From Alphaproteobacteria bacterium (GTDB lineage: Bacteria; Pseudomonadota; Alphaproteobacteria; Rickettsiales; UBA3002), in contig JANNSK010000114.1 of the NCBI GenBank assembly GCA_031402515.1, positions 1-59,311 on the forward strand: a stretch of DNA of 59,311 nucleotides, written 5' to 3'. The translations under genes and the position numbers were made by a program. Shown piece after piece: positions 27,968 to 37,443 of the stretch (within the stretch, counting starts at the first letter, position 1; each line of letters starts with the position of its first letter). Under the pieces are notes generated by a model. That model was given only the letters and a program-made list of their open reading frames with translations, was not told the DNA's origin and ran no database searches.

Positions 27968-28582
27968 TTACTTCGTGGCTTTCAGCTCGATCTCGACCCG
28001 GCGCTCTTTGGCCATGCAGGCGATTTTCTCGGCGCGGGTTCCGGAGTCACAGCCGTCGGTGGCTGAGGCTTTGCCGAGGCCGCGCACATCGGCGCTGATC
28101 GGCTTGCTGGTTTTGCCATCGAGGTACGCCTTTACCGCATTGGCGCGCTTGCCGGCGAGCTTGTCGTTGTAATCCGACGCGCCGAACTGGTCGGTGAAGC
28201 CATGAACGCTCACGTCGGTGACGGCCGAGGATTCATTAATGGTGGTGGCCAGCGCATCGAGCGTTTCGCGGCCGCGTGGCCCGAGCGTCGAGTTATTAAA
28301 GTCGAAATAGACCGTGCGTTGCTCGAGTTCCACTTCCGGCACTTTCGGCGCAGGTGTTGGAACCGGCACGAATTTCTTTTTCGGTGCTTCGGCTTTCGGC
28401 GCGACGCCGCACGGATCGTTGTCACCCATCCATTTGGTACGTACGCAGCCGCCATGCGAATCATACACCGGCTTGCTGTTGGTGTCATACGCCGCTTCTT
28501 CCGCAGAGGATTTGGCGAGCGAGGTGGTGGCGGAGAAGGTGAGGGCGGTGAGGCAAACAGTGCCGAGAAGAAGCGTGCGCAT
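27968..28582 (-). CDS. OmpA-family (OmpA_C-like) peptidoglycan-associated protein
   Basis: AAGGAG Shine-Dalgarno motif and ATG at 28582 (MRTLLLGTVCLTALTFSATTSLA). The ORF-track start at 28759 reads through repeat B2. OmpA_C motifs VYFDFNNSTL...GFTDQFGASDYNDKLAGKRANAV. Confidence 0.85.
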   Translation of the reverse strand: MRTLLLGTVCLTALTFSATTSLAKSSAEEAAYDTNSKPVYDSHGGCVRTKWMGDNDPCGVAPKAEAPKKKFVPVPTPAPKVPEVELEQRTVYFDFNNSTLGPRGRETLDALATTINESSAVTDVSVHGFTDQFGASDYNDKLAGKRANAVKAYLDGKTSKPISADVRGLGKASATDGCDSGTRAEKIACMAKERRVEIELKATK

Positions 28583-28674
28583 GGAAGACTCCTTTGTTGG
28601 TTTTGTGGTGGGTGAGGGCGCAAACCATAGGCGTAGGAACCGAAAGCGGCAAGTGGGAAATGTCTCTTTCTTAA

Positions 28675-28823
28675 CTCCCCCGCTTGCGGGGGAGTCGGAG
28701 CGCTCCTTGAAGCGCTCCGGTGGGGGATAGGCCGTGAAGATAATCCCCCCACGCAACACGCTGCGTTACACTTGCGTGTTGCTGCTCCCCCTCAAGGGGG
28801 GAGCTAAGCACCGAGCAAGCGGG
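28675..28823. repeat. Repeat family B, copy B2
   Basis: Same two hairpins and core as B1. Ends in GAGCTAAGCACCGAGCAAGCGGG, abutting the stop of the RimK fusion gene. Confidence 0.85.
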
Positions 28824-30215
28824 TTATGCAGCCTTGGCTTTTTGCTTCACCAGCGCCAGTTCGATGGACTCGATCATTTTTCCAGCGATGTCCATGCCGG
28901 TGACGGATTCGATGCCCTCGAGGCCCGGCGAGGAGTTGATCTCGAGCACCTTGGGGCCGGAGGCGGAGCGGATAATATCGACGCCCGCGACTTTCAGCCC
29001 CATGATTTTCGACGATTGCAGGGCGATTTTGCGTTCCTCCGCCGTAATTTTAATATCGACCGCCGAGCCACCGCGATGGATGTTGGCACGGAAATCACCC
29101 GCGGGTGCGATGCGCTGCATACTTGCCACCACCCGGTCGTCGATGATGAAGCAGCGTATATCGCGCCCGTCGGCTTCTTTCACGAACTCCTGGACGAGGA
29201 TGTCGGCCTTGATGGATTTGAACGCATTGATGAGCGATTCGGCGGCGTTTTCGGTTTCAGCGAGTACGACGCCAACGCCCTGCGTGCCGGACAGAAGTTT
29301 CACCACGACCGGTGCGCCGCCGACCATTTTGATCAGCTCGGACGTTTCCTGCGGCGAGTGGGCGAAGGAGGTCACCGGCATCGGGATGCCTTTTTGCGCC
29401 AGCATTTGCAGCGTGCGCAGTTTGTCGCGGGCGCGGCCGATGCCCATCGCGCCGTTCAAGCAATAGGCGCCGGAGATTTCAAACTGGCGGAGCACGGCGC
29501 AGCCATAATGGGTGATGGCGGGGCGAATGCGGGGAATCACCGCGTCGAATGGTGCCAGCACTTCACCGCCGCGATAGTGGATCTCGGGCTCCTCGGCGCT
29601 GATGTTCATGTAACAATGTTGGATGTTGATGAAGCGCATGTCATGCCCGCGCACGCGCCCGGCTTCCATGATACGCTTGTTGGAGTAAAGCTCGCGGTCC
29701 GATGCCAGCACGGCGATCTTGAGGCCGGAGCCGGAGCCTGCGAGATCCTCGCGGTAAAACTGGCGCGCTTCGATTTCGGAATGTTTGCCTTGCAGGAACG
29801 ATTTTTCTGGATCGATCAGCATGCGGCCTTGCATCGCCTCGCGGCCCAATAACATACGGTAGCCCATGGAGTCGCGGTTGGTGAGGGTGAGCTGGATATT
29901 CTGGGTGACAGTGCCGATGCGTACCGCCGCTTCGATTACCGGGCGGCGCTCGGTGTGGCCCGACGATGATTTCACATCGCGTTCTTCGATCAGCCTGGCG
30001 CGGCAATGCACGGTAATGCGACGATCTTTCTGGATGGGATGGACGTCGAAACGGACCATCTTCTCGCCGCGCGAGGTATAGATGTGGATATTGTCTGCAT
30101 GCAGTGCTGAGGTGCGCGCGCCGGAATCGATTTTCGCCTTGATCGCAGGCAGATGGATGGCCGGCATGGCGCACCATTCTTCCTTGCCGATGACGAGTTT
30201 TTGCGTAATTAACAT
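28824..30215 (-). CDS. rimK: Fusion of an ATP-dependent zinc-protease/retropepsin-like domain (RimB/DUF785 type) with a RimK-family ATP-grasp glutamate ligase
   Basis: 463 aa. The N-terminal segment [31 protein letters not shown] is typical of the RimK-associated protease domain. The C-terminal ATP-grasp region ([15 protein letters not shown]...[12 protein letters not shown]) is RimK-like. Confidence 0.8.
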   Translation of the reverse strand: MLITQKLVIGKEEWCAMPAIHLPAIKAKIDSGARTSALHADNIHIYTSRGEKMVRFDVHPIQKDRRITVHCRARLIEERDVKSSSGHTERRPVIEAAVRIGTVTQNIQLTLTNRDSMGYRMLLGREAMQGRMLIDPEKSFLQGKHSEIEARQFYREDLAGSGSGLKIAVLASDRELYSNKRIMEAGRVRGHDMRFINIQHCYMNISAEEPEIHYRGGEVLAPFDAVIPRIRPAITHYGCAVLRQFEISGAYCLNGAMGIGRARDKLRTLQMLAQKGIPMPVTSFAHSPQETSELIKMVGGAPVVVKLLSGTQGVGVVLAETENAAESLINAFKSIKADILVQEFVKEADGRDIRCFIIDDRVVASMQRIAPAGDFRANIHRGGSAVDIKITAEERKIALQSSKIMGLKVAGVDIIRSASGPKVLEINSSPGLEGIESVTGMDIAGKMIESIELALVKQKAKAA

Positions 30216-30309
30216 TCAGCCTCCCAAGGGCCGACCCGTATAGCCCAGAATAGGGGGAAAAGGCAAGGTTGCTGGCATGTTGGATAAAGTAAGTGAGGCA
30301 CGGTGGTGG

Positions 30310-30428
30310 GGTTCCTCCCCCCTCTAGGGGGGAGGTTAGGAGGAGGGCGTTTCGCGCTTGCTCCGAGTCTGAGTATGATGAAACGCTGCCGCCCTCTCCC
30401 TACCCCTCCCCCTCAAGGGGGAGGGAAG
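30310..30428. repeat. Repeat family C, copy C2 (inverted relative to C1)
   Basis: The reverse complement aligns end to end with C1. Confidence 0.8.
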
Positions 30429-30481
30429 CGCAAGCGGCATTGCCTCGTTATCACTTTCCAATTCGAGCCAGCAAAGAGTAA

Positions 30482-30513
30482 CAAAAAAGGCGGCAGGTTG
30501 ACCCTGCCGCCTT
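30482..30513 (-). terminator. Rho-independent terminator of the RTX gene
   Basis: Minus-strand reading AAGGCGGCAGG-gtcaa-CCTGCCGCCTT followed by TTTTGT, about 20 nt after the stop at 30535. Confidence 0.8.
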
Positions 30514-30534
30514 TCAGTAGGAGAAGTGTTTCGT

Positions 30535-31614
30535 TTAGCCAACCGTGAAGTCGCTCTGCACCCACGTATTCGAAGCAACGCCGATCACATGGATCTGCGC
30601 CGCGGCGCTGAAGGTGATGAAAGTGCCACCCACGCCATCGCTTGAAATCATTGATTGAATGCCGCTGAAGGTGTTGAGGAAGCTGAAGACGCCTTCGAAC
30701 GAGATTTTGTCTTCGCCACGCACGAAATCGTTGACCGTGTCGATACCGAAGTTCATGCCAGCTTTGCTGACTGCACCGTTTTCGTTCGAGAAGATGAAGT
30801 AATCCACGCCGCCTTCGCCGATATAGGTGTCGTTGCCTAAACCGCCGCGCAGGTAATCGTTGAGGCCAGCGCCGCCGTAAAGCGTATCGTTGCCGGTGCC
30901 GCCATAGACGAAGTCGGTGCCGTCGCCGCCGGAGACGAGGTCGTTACCGGCATCGCCGAATACGCAGTCATCCTGCTGGTCGCCGTAGACAGTGTCGTTG
31001 CCTTTACCGCCATACACGCGGTCGTTTTCGGTGCCACCGTACACGGTGTCGCAGCCGTCGCCACCGTAGATGGTGTCGCAGTTTTCTTCGCCGTTCAAGT
31101 AATCATTGCCACATTCGCCGTACATGAGGTCGTTACCCCAGTCGCCGACCATGTAGTCATGGCCATCGCCGCCATACATGGTGTCCTGACCGTAAAAGTG
31201 GTTGCCGTATGCGTCGTCGGCGCGGTCACCGTACATCGTGTCGTTGCCGCCGCCGCCGTAAAGGACGTCGTGGTCTTCACCGCCGCCGATAAGGTCATTA
31301 CCGGTGCCGCCCCAGATTTTGTCGTTACCCTGGTCGCCGCCGATGACATCGTTGCCAGCATCGCCGAGGATGGTGTCGTTACCGGTCCAGCCCCACACGG
31401 TGTCGGCGCCGCTGCCGAGTTTCACGTAGTCATGACCGCCATTGGCGAAGACGAGGTCGTTGCCGCCGTTGCCGTAAATCAGGTCGTTATCATCGCTGCC
31501 GACGATCGTCTCGCTGCCAATGAGGCCATTGATGGTTTTAAAGTTGAAACCATAGGGTACAGCGGCCGGAATCGGTTCCGGGCAGCAATCGGGGGCAGGG
31601 GGTACATAAGTCAT
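30535..31614 (-). CDS. RTX-type calcium-binding repeat protein (probable type I secretion substrate)
   Basis: 359 aa with more than 15 GGxGxDxUx nonapeptides ([27 protein letters not shown] and others), an undecorated N-terminus and a C-terminal non-repeat tail. Confidence 0.85.
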   Translation of the reverse strand: MTYVPPAPDCCPEPIPAAVPYGFNFKTINGLIGSETIVGSDDNDLIYGNGGNDLVFANGGHDYVKLGSGADTVWGWTGNDTILGDAGNDVIGGDQGNDKIWGGTGNDLIGGGEDHDVLYGGGGNDTMYGDRADDAYGNHFYGQDTMYGGDGHDYMVGDWGNDLMYGECGNDYLNGEENCDTIYGGDGCDTVYGGTENDRVYGGKGNDTVYGDQQDDCVFGDAGNDLVSGGDGTDFVYGGTGNDTLYGGAGLNDYLRGGLGNDTYIGEGGVDYFIFSNENGAVSKAGMNFGIDTVNDFVRGEDKISFEGVFSFLNTFSGIQSMISSDGVGGTFITFSAAAQIHVIGVASNTWVQSDFTVG

Positions 31615-31706
31615 GATCAGAACTCCGTTGGTTAAATTGTCTAAAAGTTTAGTTAATTAATATTAACAGTTTTAACCTATTGAGCCCTGCAGCGCAATAG
31701 AACTTT

Positions 31707-31723
31707 TGTTAAATGTTTGTGAC
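31707..31723 (-). promoter_or_regulatory. Tandem-hexamer box GTCACAaacatTTAACA (read on the minus strand)
   Basis: About 93 nt upstream of the RTX start at 31614. Confidence 0.55.
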
Positions 31724-31878
31724 AATGCAATATACTGATAAACATAAATAAAGCATATTTTTTCTGCAGGACGGTTGTTCACAGGATGCAAGTTCTGCGT
31801 TCATTTCGTGAAATATTAGTGGTTAAAGTGGGGCGAGAGGGCTGAAGCTTGCTGTTAGGCTGCCCAAAGGAGAGCATC

Positions 31879-32670
31879 GTGGCGCATGGGCATGGGATAG
31901 GGTTGGGTGGCATCGTGGTGATTGGCGGGCTGCTGTATTTCACGGGTGCCGGCACGTGGATGTGGGATCGCATCAAAAGCTTCGATGAAAATTGCTATAT
32001 GGCAGTGGCGGAAACGGGTGCGGGATCGGGCGGCGGATTCTGCTCGGCGTTCGGTACGGTGGTCGATGCGACGGGTAAAGCCTGGACCTATGTCAGCGAA
32101 AATATGAGTGGCGTCGGCGCGGTCGCCAGCCGGTTTGGCGATTGGGTGGGTGGCCTGTGGGGCGGCGAGAACTTCGCCTCACTGACGATGCGGCTGCGCG
32201 ACAGCATGACCAACGGCACCTCGGCCTTAAGCAGCTGGGTGAGCCCATCGGAGAAGCTACAGTCGATGATGCAGCGTGGCCCGCAATCCATCAGCATCGG
32301 TGCGGGTGGGGCGGGCGAACGCGTCCGCGCCGCGATGGATAGTTTTGTCATCGGCCAGCATTATCTCAGCGGTAATAATATCGGCGCGGCGTTGCCATGG
32401 CTGCAGCAGGGCGCCAAGCAGCCGGGCTACGGGATTATGTCGCAGCTTGCGCTCGGCGATATGTACCAGCAGGGCGCGGGCGGGATGCAGTCCGACCCGG
32501 TCCGCGCGCGGTATTATTATATGCAGGCGCAGCAGTCGCTCGGTACGTTGAGCAGTTCGAATACGCCGCAAGCGCAGCAGATGCTTTCAAGCCTGCCCGC
32601 CTCGCCGCAGCAGATCAGCCAGCAGCTCACCGCGGCGATTGGGAGCCTGAATAAAAAGATCGGGAAGTAG
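31879..32670 (+). CDS. Membrane-anchored Sel1-like repeat protein
   Basis: AAAGGAGAG Shine-Dalgarno motif then GTG at 31879 (the ORF-track start at 31849 is TTG). N-terminal helix IGLGGIVVIGGLLYFTGAG. C-terminal Sel1-type repeats (ALPWLQQGAKQPGYGIMSQLALGDMYQQGAGGMQSDPVRARYYYMQA). Confidence 0.65.
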   Translation: MAHGHGIGLGGIVVIGGLLYFTGAGTWMWDRIKSFDENCYMAVAETGAGSGGGFCSAFGTVVDATGKAWTYVSENMSGVGAVASRFGDWVGGLWGGENFASLTMRLRDSMTNGTSALSSWVSPSEKLQSMMQRGPQSISIGAGGAGERVRAAMDSFVIGQHYLSGNNIGAALPWLQQGAKQPGYGIMSQLALGDMYQQGAGGMQSDPVRARYYYMQAQQSLGTLSSSNTPQAQQMLSSLPASPQQISQQLTAAIGSLNKKIGK

Positions 32671-32673
32671 CCG

Positions 32674-34626
32674 CTACACCCGTTGAATGGGTGCGGTGGA
32701 CTTGGCGCCAGTAAACGCAGGTGCGGATGGTGTGTATTCCTGCGGCTGCGTGGCATCGATGGCGCTGGCGAGTTTGGTGTCAACGGGGCTGCTCTTGTAA
32801 CCGTAACGAACCTGCAGTGCTTTATCCAACGTTTCGATGGAGCCGATCACATCCTTCATGATTTCCACTATTTTGCCGATCTGCTTTGCTGCATTGATGT
32901 CTCCCGCGCTTTCGAATGCGCTTTTCATCTCCTCAATTTTCCGGGAACTTGGGATTAAAAACTGCTTGGCCTTATTGTAGAAATCGATGTCCGCCTGAGA
33001 GACTCGCTGCTGATTATCGACTTTCTTCGCGATGGCCTCGAGTCCCTTGAGGTAATTCATGCGGGTGTCGTTGACCTCCAGTGCCAGATTGACGTTCGAC
33101 ATGCGTGTCAGGCGTGCGAGCATGGTATCCAGTAGTTCCAGCGATTTTATCCGTGCGTCTGTCGTGATACCCGTGTCCATACGCTCTTTGGTGAATTGCC
33201 GGTCGAGATAGATTTTGAGGTAAAATTCGGCGAACAGTTTTTTGTCTTCCGGGCTGAAAGTCTGGCCGCTTTTCAGTTTTTCCTCCAGCGTCTGAACCTT
33301 TGCTGCATTGGCTTTGCGGTCGGTCAGCTGTCTTGCCAGTTGTCTGCTATCCAACCCGAAGCCGACTTCCACTTCCTCACCAAAGGCACGCTCTGCTAAT
33401 CCACCACCAAGCAGTGCCACAGAAAATCCACCGGCACCAATCACGAGGGGGTTCTTGGTAATCAGTGCTAAGGCACCACCGGCGATCAGGCCGCTGAGCA
33501 TCGCGCCACCGGCCATTGCCATGGCGTGGCCATCGTTGTTCTGATACTGCCGCCAGACATCAAAGCCACCAAAAGCAACACCAAGTGGCAGTGCGACGGC
33601 ACCCGCTGCCTGCGCGATGCGCCCGGCAACACCCTTTCTCAGTGCGTTGATCACGATCCCGTCAGCGACCACGCTGCCGCCGCCCAATGCCAGATAACTG
33701 CCAGTGATGAGCACGTCGTCCGTACTGCCGCGCGCAAGATCGCGGATGATGTCGTCGCGGTTCTGGTATATCGCCAGTCCCACCATCGCGGTGTTGAAGC
33801 CAGTGGCGATGCGGGCTGATTTAGATGTTATGCCCTCACCAAACAGGCCGGGGATGGTATCTTCGGGCAGGTAAAAGCCTCTCTTGCTGGGGTCTGCATC
33901 GTTGTGGTGCACCACAATGGTCCGAGGTTTTTTGCCGCCTGGCGACCGTTCCAGCTGTATCGGCTTGCCGTTCACCTTCAGTTGCGCTCTTGCTTCCTCC
34001 GGCGTCAGGAAATCGATGGGTTTGTTGGTGATGTCGTCGATCAATACCACGCAGCCGTTCTTGTACTTTTCACTGAGCGGTTTGCCGTTCTCATCGAGCG
34101 TGGGTTTGCCGTTCTCATCCAGAATTTCTACCGGGCCGTCGTAGTAGATGGCTCTCACTTCCGTTGTGCGGGTTCCCGCTCCCGGTTGTTGCCAGTTACT
34201 TTTCAACCCGGCGGCGCGCCATGCAGGAATCGCCTGGCCTCCCTTTATCTTGCCGCCGAGGCCTTTCGTGTTTTCCGGCAGTTTAAGTGTTTTACGAGTT
34301 TCCGACTTGACGTCCTCATTGGCTGGGGTTTCGAGATAATCCAATGCAGCCGTGACTTCTTCGGGGGTTAGCCCGCCATAGAGTCGGCCTTTGGTCAGTG
34401 GTTGCAATACTTCGCTTAGTCGCGCCATCTGCCCTTCGGTAGCCCCCCATATCACGAAAGCCGGATCTGATTCAGGCACGTGGATCTTTCTGCCATCCCT
34501 GGTTTTGACGTCGCCGGGGTACTGCAGGGGAAGCACGAAGTAGCGCAGCGTGATGCTCGCCTTCGTAGTCAGGGAAGGAGGGTAACGATGGTCTTCTGAA
34601 ATAGTTTCTGGTTCTTTTTCTGCCAT
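32674..34626 (-). CDS. Hypothetical protein (650 aa) with a central glycine-zipper hydrophobic region
   Basis: GGGAG Shine-Dalgarno motif. No Sec leader (MAEKEPETISED). Tandem DENGKPTL / DENGKPLS motif. Hydrophobic block GSYLALGGGSVVADG...AMAMAGGAMLSGLIAGGALALI...GAGGFSVALLGGGLA. Confidence 0.7.
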   Translation of the reverse strand: MAEKEPETISEDHRYPPSLTTKASITLRYFVLPLQYPGDVKTRDGRKIHVPESDPAFVIWGATEGQMARLSEVLQPLTKGRLYGGLTPEEVTAALDYLETPANEDVKSETRKTLKLPENTKGLGGKIKGGQAIPAWRAAGLKSNWQQPGAGTRTTEVRAIYYDGPVEILDENGKPTLDENGKPLSEKYKNGCVVLIDDITNKPIDFLTPEEARAQLKVNGKPIQLERSPGGKKPRTIVVHHNDADPSKRGFYLPEDTIPGLFGEGITSKSARIATGFNTAMVGLAIYQNRDDIIRDLARGSTDDVLITGSYLALGGGSVVADGIVINALRKGVAGRIAQAAGAVALPLGVAFGGFDVWRQYQNNDGHAMAMAGGAMLSGLIAGGALALITKNPLVIGAGGFSVALLGGGLAERAFGEEVEVGFGLDSRQLARQLTDRKANAAKVQTLEEKLKSGQTFSPEDKKLFAEFYLKIYLDRQFTKERMDTGITTDARIKSLELLDTMLARLTRMSNVNLALEVNDTRMNYLKGLEAIAKKVDNQQRVSQADIDFYNKAKQFLIPSSRKIEEMKSAFESAGDINAAKQIGKIVEIMKDVIGSIETLDKALQVRYGYKSSPVDTKLASAIDATQPQEYTPSAPAFTGAKSTAPIQRV

Positions 34627-34689
34627 GGCCGATCTCCCTGTTCAGAATTTGCTGATACTGGAGCCATACCAGAAAAATGGTTAATTTTC

Positions 34690-34717
34690 ATTAACAGTTT
34701 TGTGAAGGTTTTGTGAC
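34690..34717 (-). promoter_or_regulatory. Tandem-hexamer box GTCACAaaaccTTCACAaaactGTTAAT (read on the minus strand)
   Basis: Three hexamers in 11-bp phase, about 64 nt upstream of the start at 34626. Confidence 0.6.
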
Positions 34718-34817
34718 AATGGGCTGGAGATGCCTGAATTTCAGCGCTAAATTGTGGGCAAGGGGAGGGCTCTTACCCTTCAGTCGTGAGGCGGTGTGGG
34801 GGGTAGCCGCCTCGTGT

Positions 34818-34985
34818 CTACTTCATCGCGGCATTCACTTTATTGGCGACGTTGTTGTACTGATTGGCTGATTTGCCGCCGAGCGCGGTGGCGCCACCGA
34901 TGATGGCAAGGCCGATGAGTGCGGCAATCAACGCGTATTCAATGGCAGTGGCACCGCTTTGGCATTTCAGAAGTCTATGCAACAT
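34818..34985 (-). CDS. flp: Flp/Fap-family type IVb pilin (copy 1)
   Basis: GGAG lies 6 nt before the ATG at 34985. Sequence MLHRLLKCQSGATAIEYALIAALIGLAII carries the Flp motif G/ATAIEY. Confidence 0.8.
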   Translation of the reverse strand: MLHRLLKCQSGATAIEYALIAALIGLAIIGGATALGGKSANQYNNVANKVNAAMK

Positions 34986-35021
34986 AACCGGCTCCATCAT
35001 CTCGGCGTTATTTGCTGAACC

Positions 35022-35183
35022 CTAATACGTATTGAGTTGGTTGGTGATGAGGTTGAACGTCTCGGCAAGTTGGGTGCCGATGTTGGAAGCTGCTGTGATA
35101 ATCGCCATTGCAATCAGGGATGCGATGAGTGCGTACTCAATCGCCACTGCGCCGTTTTCGGACCTGATCAGACATGGCACCAT
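35022..35183 (-). CDS. flp: Flp-family pilin (copy 2; below the ORF-track size cutoff)
   Basis: Translated by hand: MVPCLIRSENGAVAIEYALIASLIAMAIITAASNIGTQLAETFNLITNQLNTY (53 aa). Confidence 0.7.
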   Translation of the reverse strand: MVPCLIRSENGAVAIEYALIASLIAMAIITAASNIGTQLAETFNLITNQLNTY

Positions 35184-35280
35184 AACGCGATTCTTAGCAA
35201 GTTAGGCGCGCCAGTCAACAAACAAGAACGGCCCGCGAGGATGAGTCGCGGGCCGTTTCCTGACGTGATGAACGAAAAAC

Positions 35281-35445
35281 TTACGCGTTCATCTGGTTGG
35301 CAGTGTTATTGAAGACGTTGCCAAGCTTGTTACCAAGCGTTCCCATCGCGACGATGGCGGCAACGGCAATCAGTGCAGCGATGAGGCCATACTCGATGGC
35401 CGTCGCGCCTGACTCGTTTTTTAAAAATGTGCAGAGGGTTTTCAT
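35281..35445 (-). CDS. flp: Flp-family pilin (copy 3)
   Basis: In-frame ATG at 35445 gives MKTLCTFLKNESGATAIEYGLIAALIAVAAIVAMG... Confidence 0.8.
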   Translation of the reverse strand: MKTLCTFLKNESGATAIEYGLIAALIAVAAIVAMGTLGNKLGNVFNNTANQMNA

Positions 35446-35528
35446 AGAAGCTCCTAAATGGATATTCGGGGGTACCAAGGGAACCGGTCCGTGGCACCAT
35501 GCCACGGACCGGAATTCAGTGTCAGCAA

Positions 35529-35696
35529 CTATGCGTTCAGTTTGTTCGCAACGTTGTTGAAGGTGTTACCGAGCTTGTTACCAAGCGCGCCCATCGCGAA
35601 GATGGCGGCAACAGCAATCAGCGCCGCGATAAGGCCGTATTCGATGGCCGTCGCACCTGATTCATTCTCGATGAAGGATTTTACAAATTTCGTCAT
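35529..35696 (-). CDS. flp: Flp-family pilin (copy 4; below the ORF-track size cutoff)
   Basis: Translated by hand: MTKFVKSFIENESGATAIEYGLIAALIAVAAIFAMGALGNKLGNTFNNVANKLNA (55 aa). GGAGAA Shine-Dalgarno motif upstream. Confidence 0.8.
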   Translation of the reverse strand: MTKFVKSFIENESGATAIEYGLIAALIAVAAIFAMGALGNKLGNTFNNVANKLNA

Positions 35697-35866
35697 GCGT
35701 ATTCTCCTGAAAGATTAGTTCAACAAAACAGCGGGCCGTTTGTTTGCTTATAGCATCCATGGCCCACCCATACGCTGGAATCTCCAGCTGCCTCTACCTT
35801 TAGCAAAGAATGGCGCTCTTCGCAAAGAGTATTCGTGGTTTGGTTGCTGATTTTCCAAGCAATTTT

Positions 35867-35893
35867 AGTTAAATGCTGGTGCATTTTTGTGAC
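35867..35893 (-). promoter_or_regulatory. Weaker tandem-hexamer box GTCACAaaaatGCACCAgcatTTAACT (read on the minus strand)
   Basis: Same 11/10-bp geometry as the box at 16393, but the middle hexamer is degenerate. About 170 nt upstream of the first flp gene. Confidence 0.4.
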
Positions 35894-35966
35894 AAGTAGC
35901 AGGGGGCAAGCGGCAGGTAATGCGCCAAAATCCTCGCGTTACTTGCCATTTGCCGCCTCCCATCTG

Positions 35967-36461
35967 TCACGTTTTCCAGTGCTCCACCAGGAGCGTCAAT
36001 CCCTCGTGGATATGTTGACGCTCACGATCGAGTTGCGACGCCAGTTGCGGGCGATTCCACGACTGCTTGCAAATCTCGGGATTCAGGAAGTGCGGCATCT
36101 CGTTATAGACGGTGAGGCGAATGACGGGATCGTGGCGCCGGTGGGCGCGCAGCAGCGCGATTGCTTCCGCATATTCGCGCTCGCGCAGGCTGCGCCAGGC
36201 GGGATCGTCCATTGCCATCGCACTTTCATCCGGTAGCGTATAGCATGTGGTGATGCGCGGTGCACCGTAGCGTAACGTATGCAACCAGCGTAAATGTAAT
36301 CCGCCACGATGCTGCTCATCACTGATGAGATTGCGCGCCAGGCAGAGATCAATGGGTTCGGCGGTGAGGCCATGGACCTGTTTCCATTGCAGCTCCGGCG
36401 TGCCGAAATCCGACGTAGTGGTAGGTTGGCGCGGTCTGCCGCGCTTGGTGGAGAATGCCAT
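35967..36461 (-). CDS. Hypothetical protein (164 aa), phage-regulator-like
   Basis: MAFSTKRGRPRQPTTTSDFGTPELQWKQ... has a basic N-terminus. It lies 6 nt downstream of 36468-36836 on the same strand. Confidence 0.5.
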   Translation of the reverse strand: MAFSTKRGRPRQPTTTSDFGTPELQWKQVHGLTAEPIDLCLARNLISDEQHRGGLHLRWLHTLRYGAPRITTCYTLPDESAMAMDDPAWRSLREREYAEAIALLRAHRRHDPVIRLTVYNEMPHFLNPEICKQSWNRPQLASQLDRERQHIHEGLTLLVEHWKT

Positions 36462-36467
36462 AAAAGG

Positions 36468-36836
36468 TTAGTGGCTAGAGTCGAGAGTCACTTCACTTCG
36501 ACCCCGGGTGCGCCAACCGAGGCCTGCTGGTAACCGCCACTCGCAATCGCGGGCAAGGGCGATTTTTGCACGGCTGCGCACATAGTCGGGATCGAAGCCC
36601 GCATGGTCGCAGACGGCAGTGAAATCGGCGGTGTCAGAAAGCAACCAGGAGATGGCGTCATGCCGCACGCGTTTTGCTCCCGTTTTTTTTGACTTGTTGG
36701 CGGCATCCATGAGTGCCTGGGTAATGACCGCCCGCCACAGACCGGGTTCGTGGTCGGAAAATGAGCCCAGGCTGCGCGTGTGGTGGCTCGGGAAATGATT
36801 AATGAATCTCAGTGAAAGCGGCATGTGATTCTCCAT
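36468..36836 (-). CDS. Hypothetical protein (about 120 aa)
   Basis: Alternative start at 36824 is preceded by GGAGAA. No family recognised. Confidence 0.5.
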   Translation of the reverse strand: MENHMPLSLRFINHFPSHHTRSLGSFSDHEPGLWRAVITQALMDAANKSKKTGAKRVRHDAISWLLSDTADFTAVCDHAGFDPDYVRSRAKIALARDCEWRLPAGLGWRTRGRSEVTLDSSH

Positions 36837-36928
36837 TATCGGTTGTGGTTACAACTAATTAATATAATGAAAATACAATGTGCTATTGAGAGAACTATGC
36901 GTTCTGCAAGAGATACAAGAAGCTAGAA

Positions 36929-36947
36929 ATACAATCATGGATTGTAT
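36929..36947. promoter_or_regulatory. Perfect palindrome ATACAATC-atg-GATTGTAT in an AT-rich divergent intergenic region
   Basis: An 8+8 inverted repeat. A half-site-like AAATACAATG lies about 60 nt upstream at about 36871. Operator-like. Confidence 0.4.
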
Positions 36948-37104
36948 AAATCAGTTGGACACAACCAGCAAGTCGGTATTTTTTCTTACGGGGTACTTCC
37001 GGGTGATTCGTGGCTGGGCTAAGATGAAATTATAGTCTGGATGAGTCACGCTCGGCCTCATCCGTTTTCGCTTTTGAGCGACCCCTTTTCTCCAGAAAAT
37101 ATCG

Positions 37105-37443
37105 ATGTCCAGAAGATCGAAGAGAACATCTGTGCGCGCTACCGGGAAGTCATGCACGCAACATGGTATGAAACAGGCGTGGCGGCGCACGCGCAAGCTG
37201 GTGGAGGCCATGCTGGAGATTATGGAGAAGGGGATTCGTGAGCCGGACTCGGTGCCCGAGCAATGGGACCGGCTGTTCGGCGCGAAATCAAGCGCAGTGG
37301 CAAACCTGGAAAAACTGGTGCAGGTGCTGGTCGAACTGCATGGTCAAGTCAAAGCGCAGGAAGAAAACGGCGAGGGTGATGCGGCATCGATCAATCACGA
37401 TGAGTTGGCGTTATTGTCGGAGTGGCTTAAAGCGCAGCCATGA
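37105..37443 (+). CDS. Hypothetical protein (112 aa); start uncertain
   Basis: Open frame ending at the word hairpin. No clear Shine-Dalgarno motif at 37105. Confidence 0.35.
   Translation: MSRRSKRTSVRATGKSCTQHGMKQAWRRTRKLVEAMLEIMEKGIREPDSVPEQWDRLFGAKSSAVANLEKLVQVLVELHGQVKAQEENGEGDAASINHDELALLSEWLKAQP

Noticed and set aside
37105-37443. Assigning 37105-37443 as GTA g1 / small terminase.
   Set aside because: Its size (112 aa) and strand fit, but it is separated from g2 by two opposite-strand genes and I recognise no diagnostic motif. It is kept as hypothetical.
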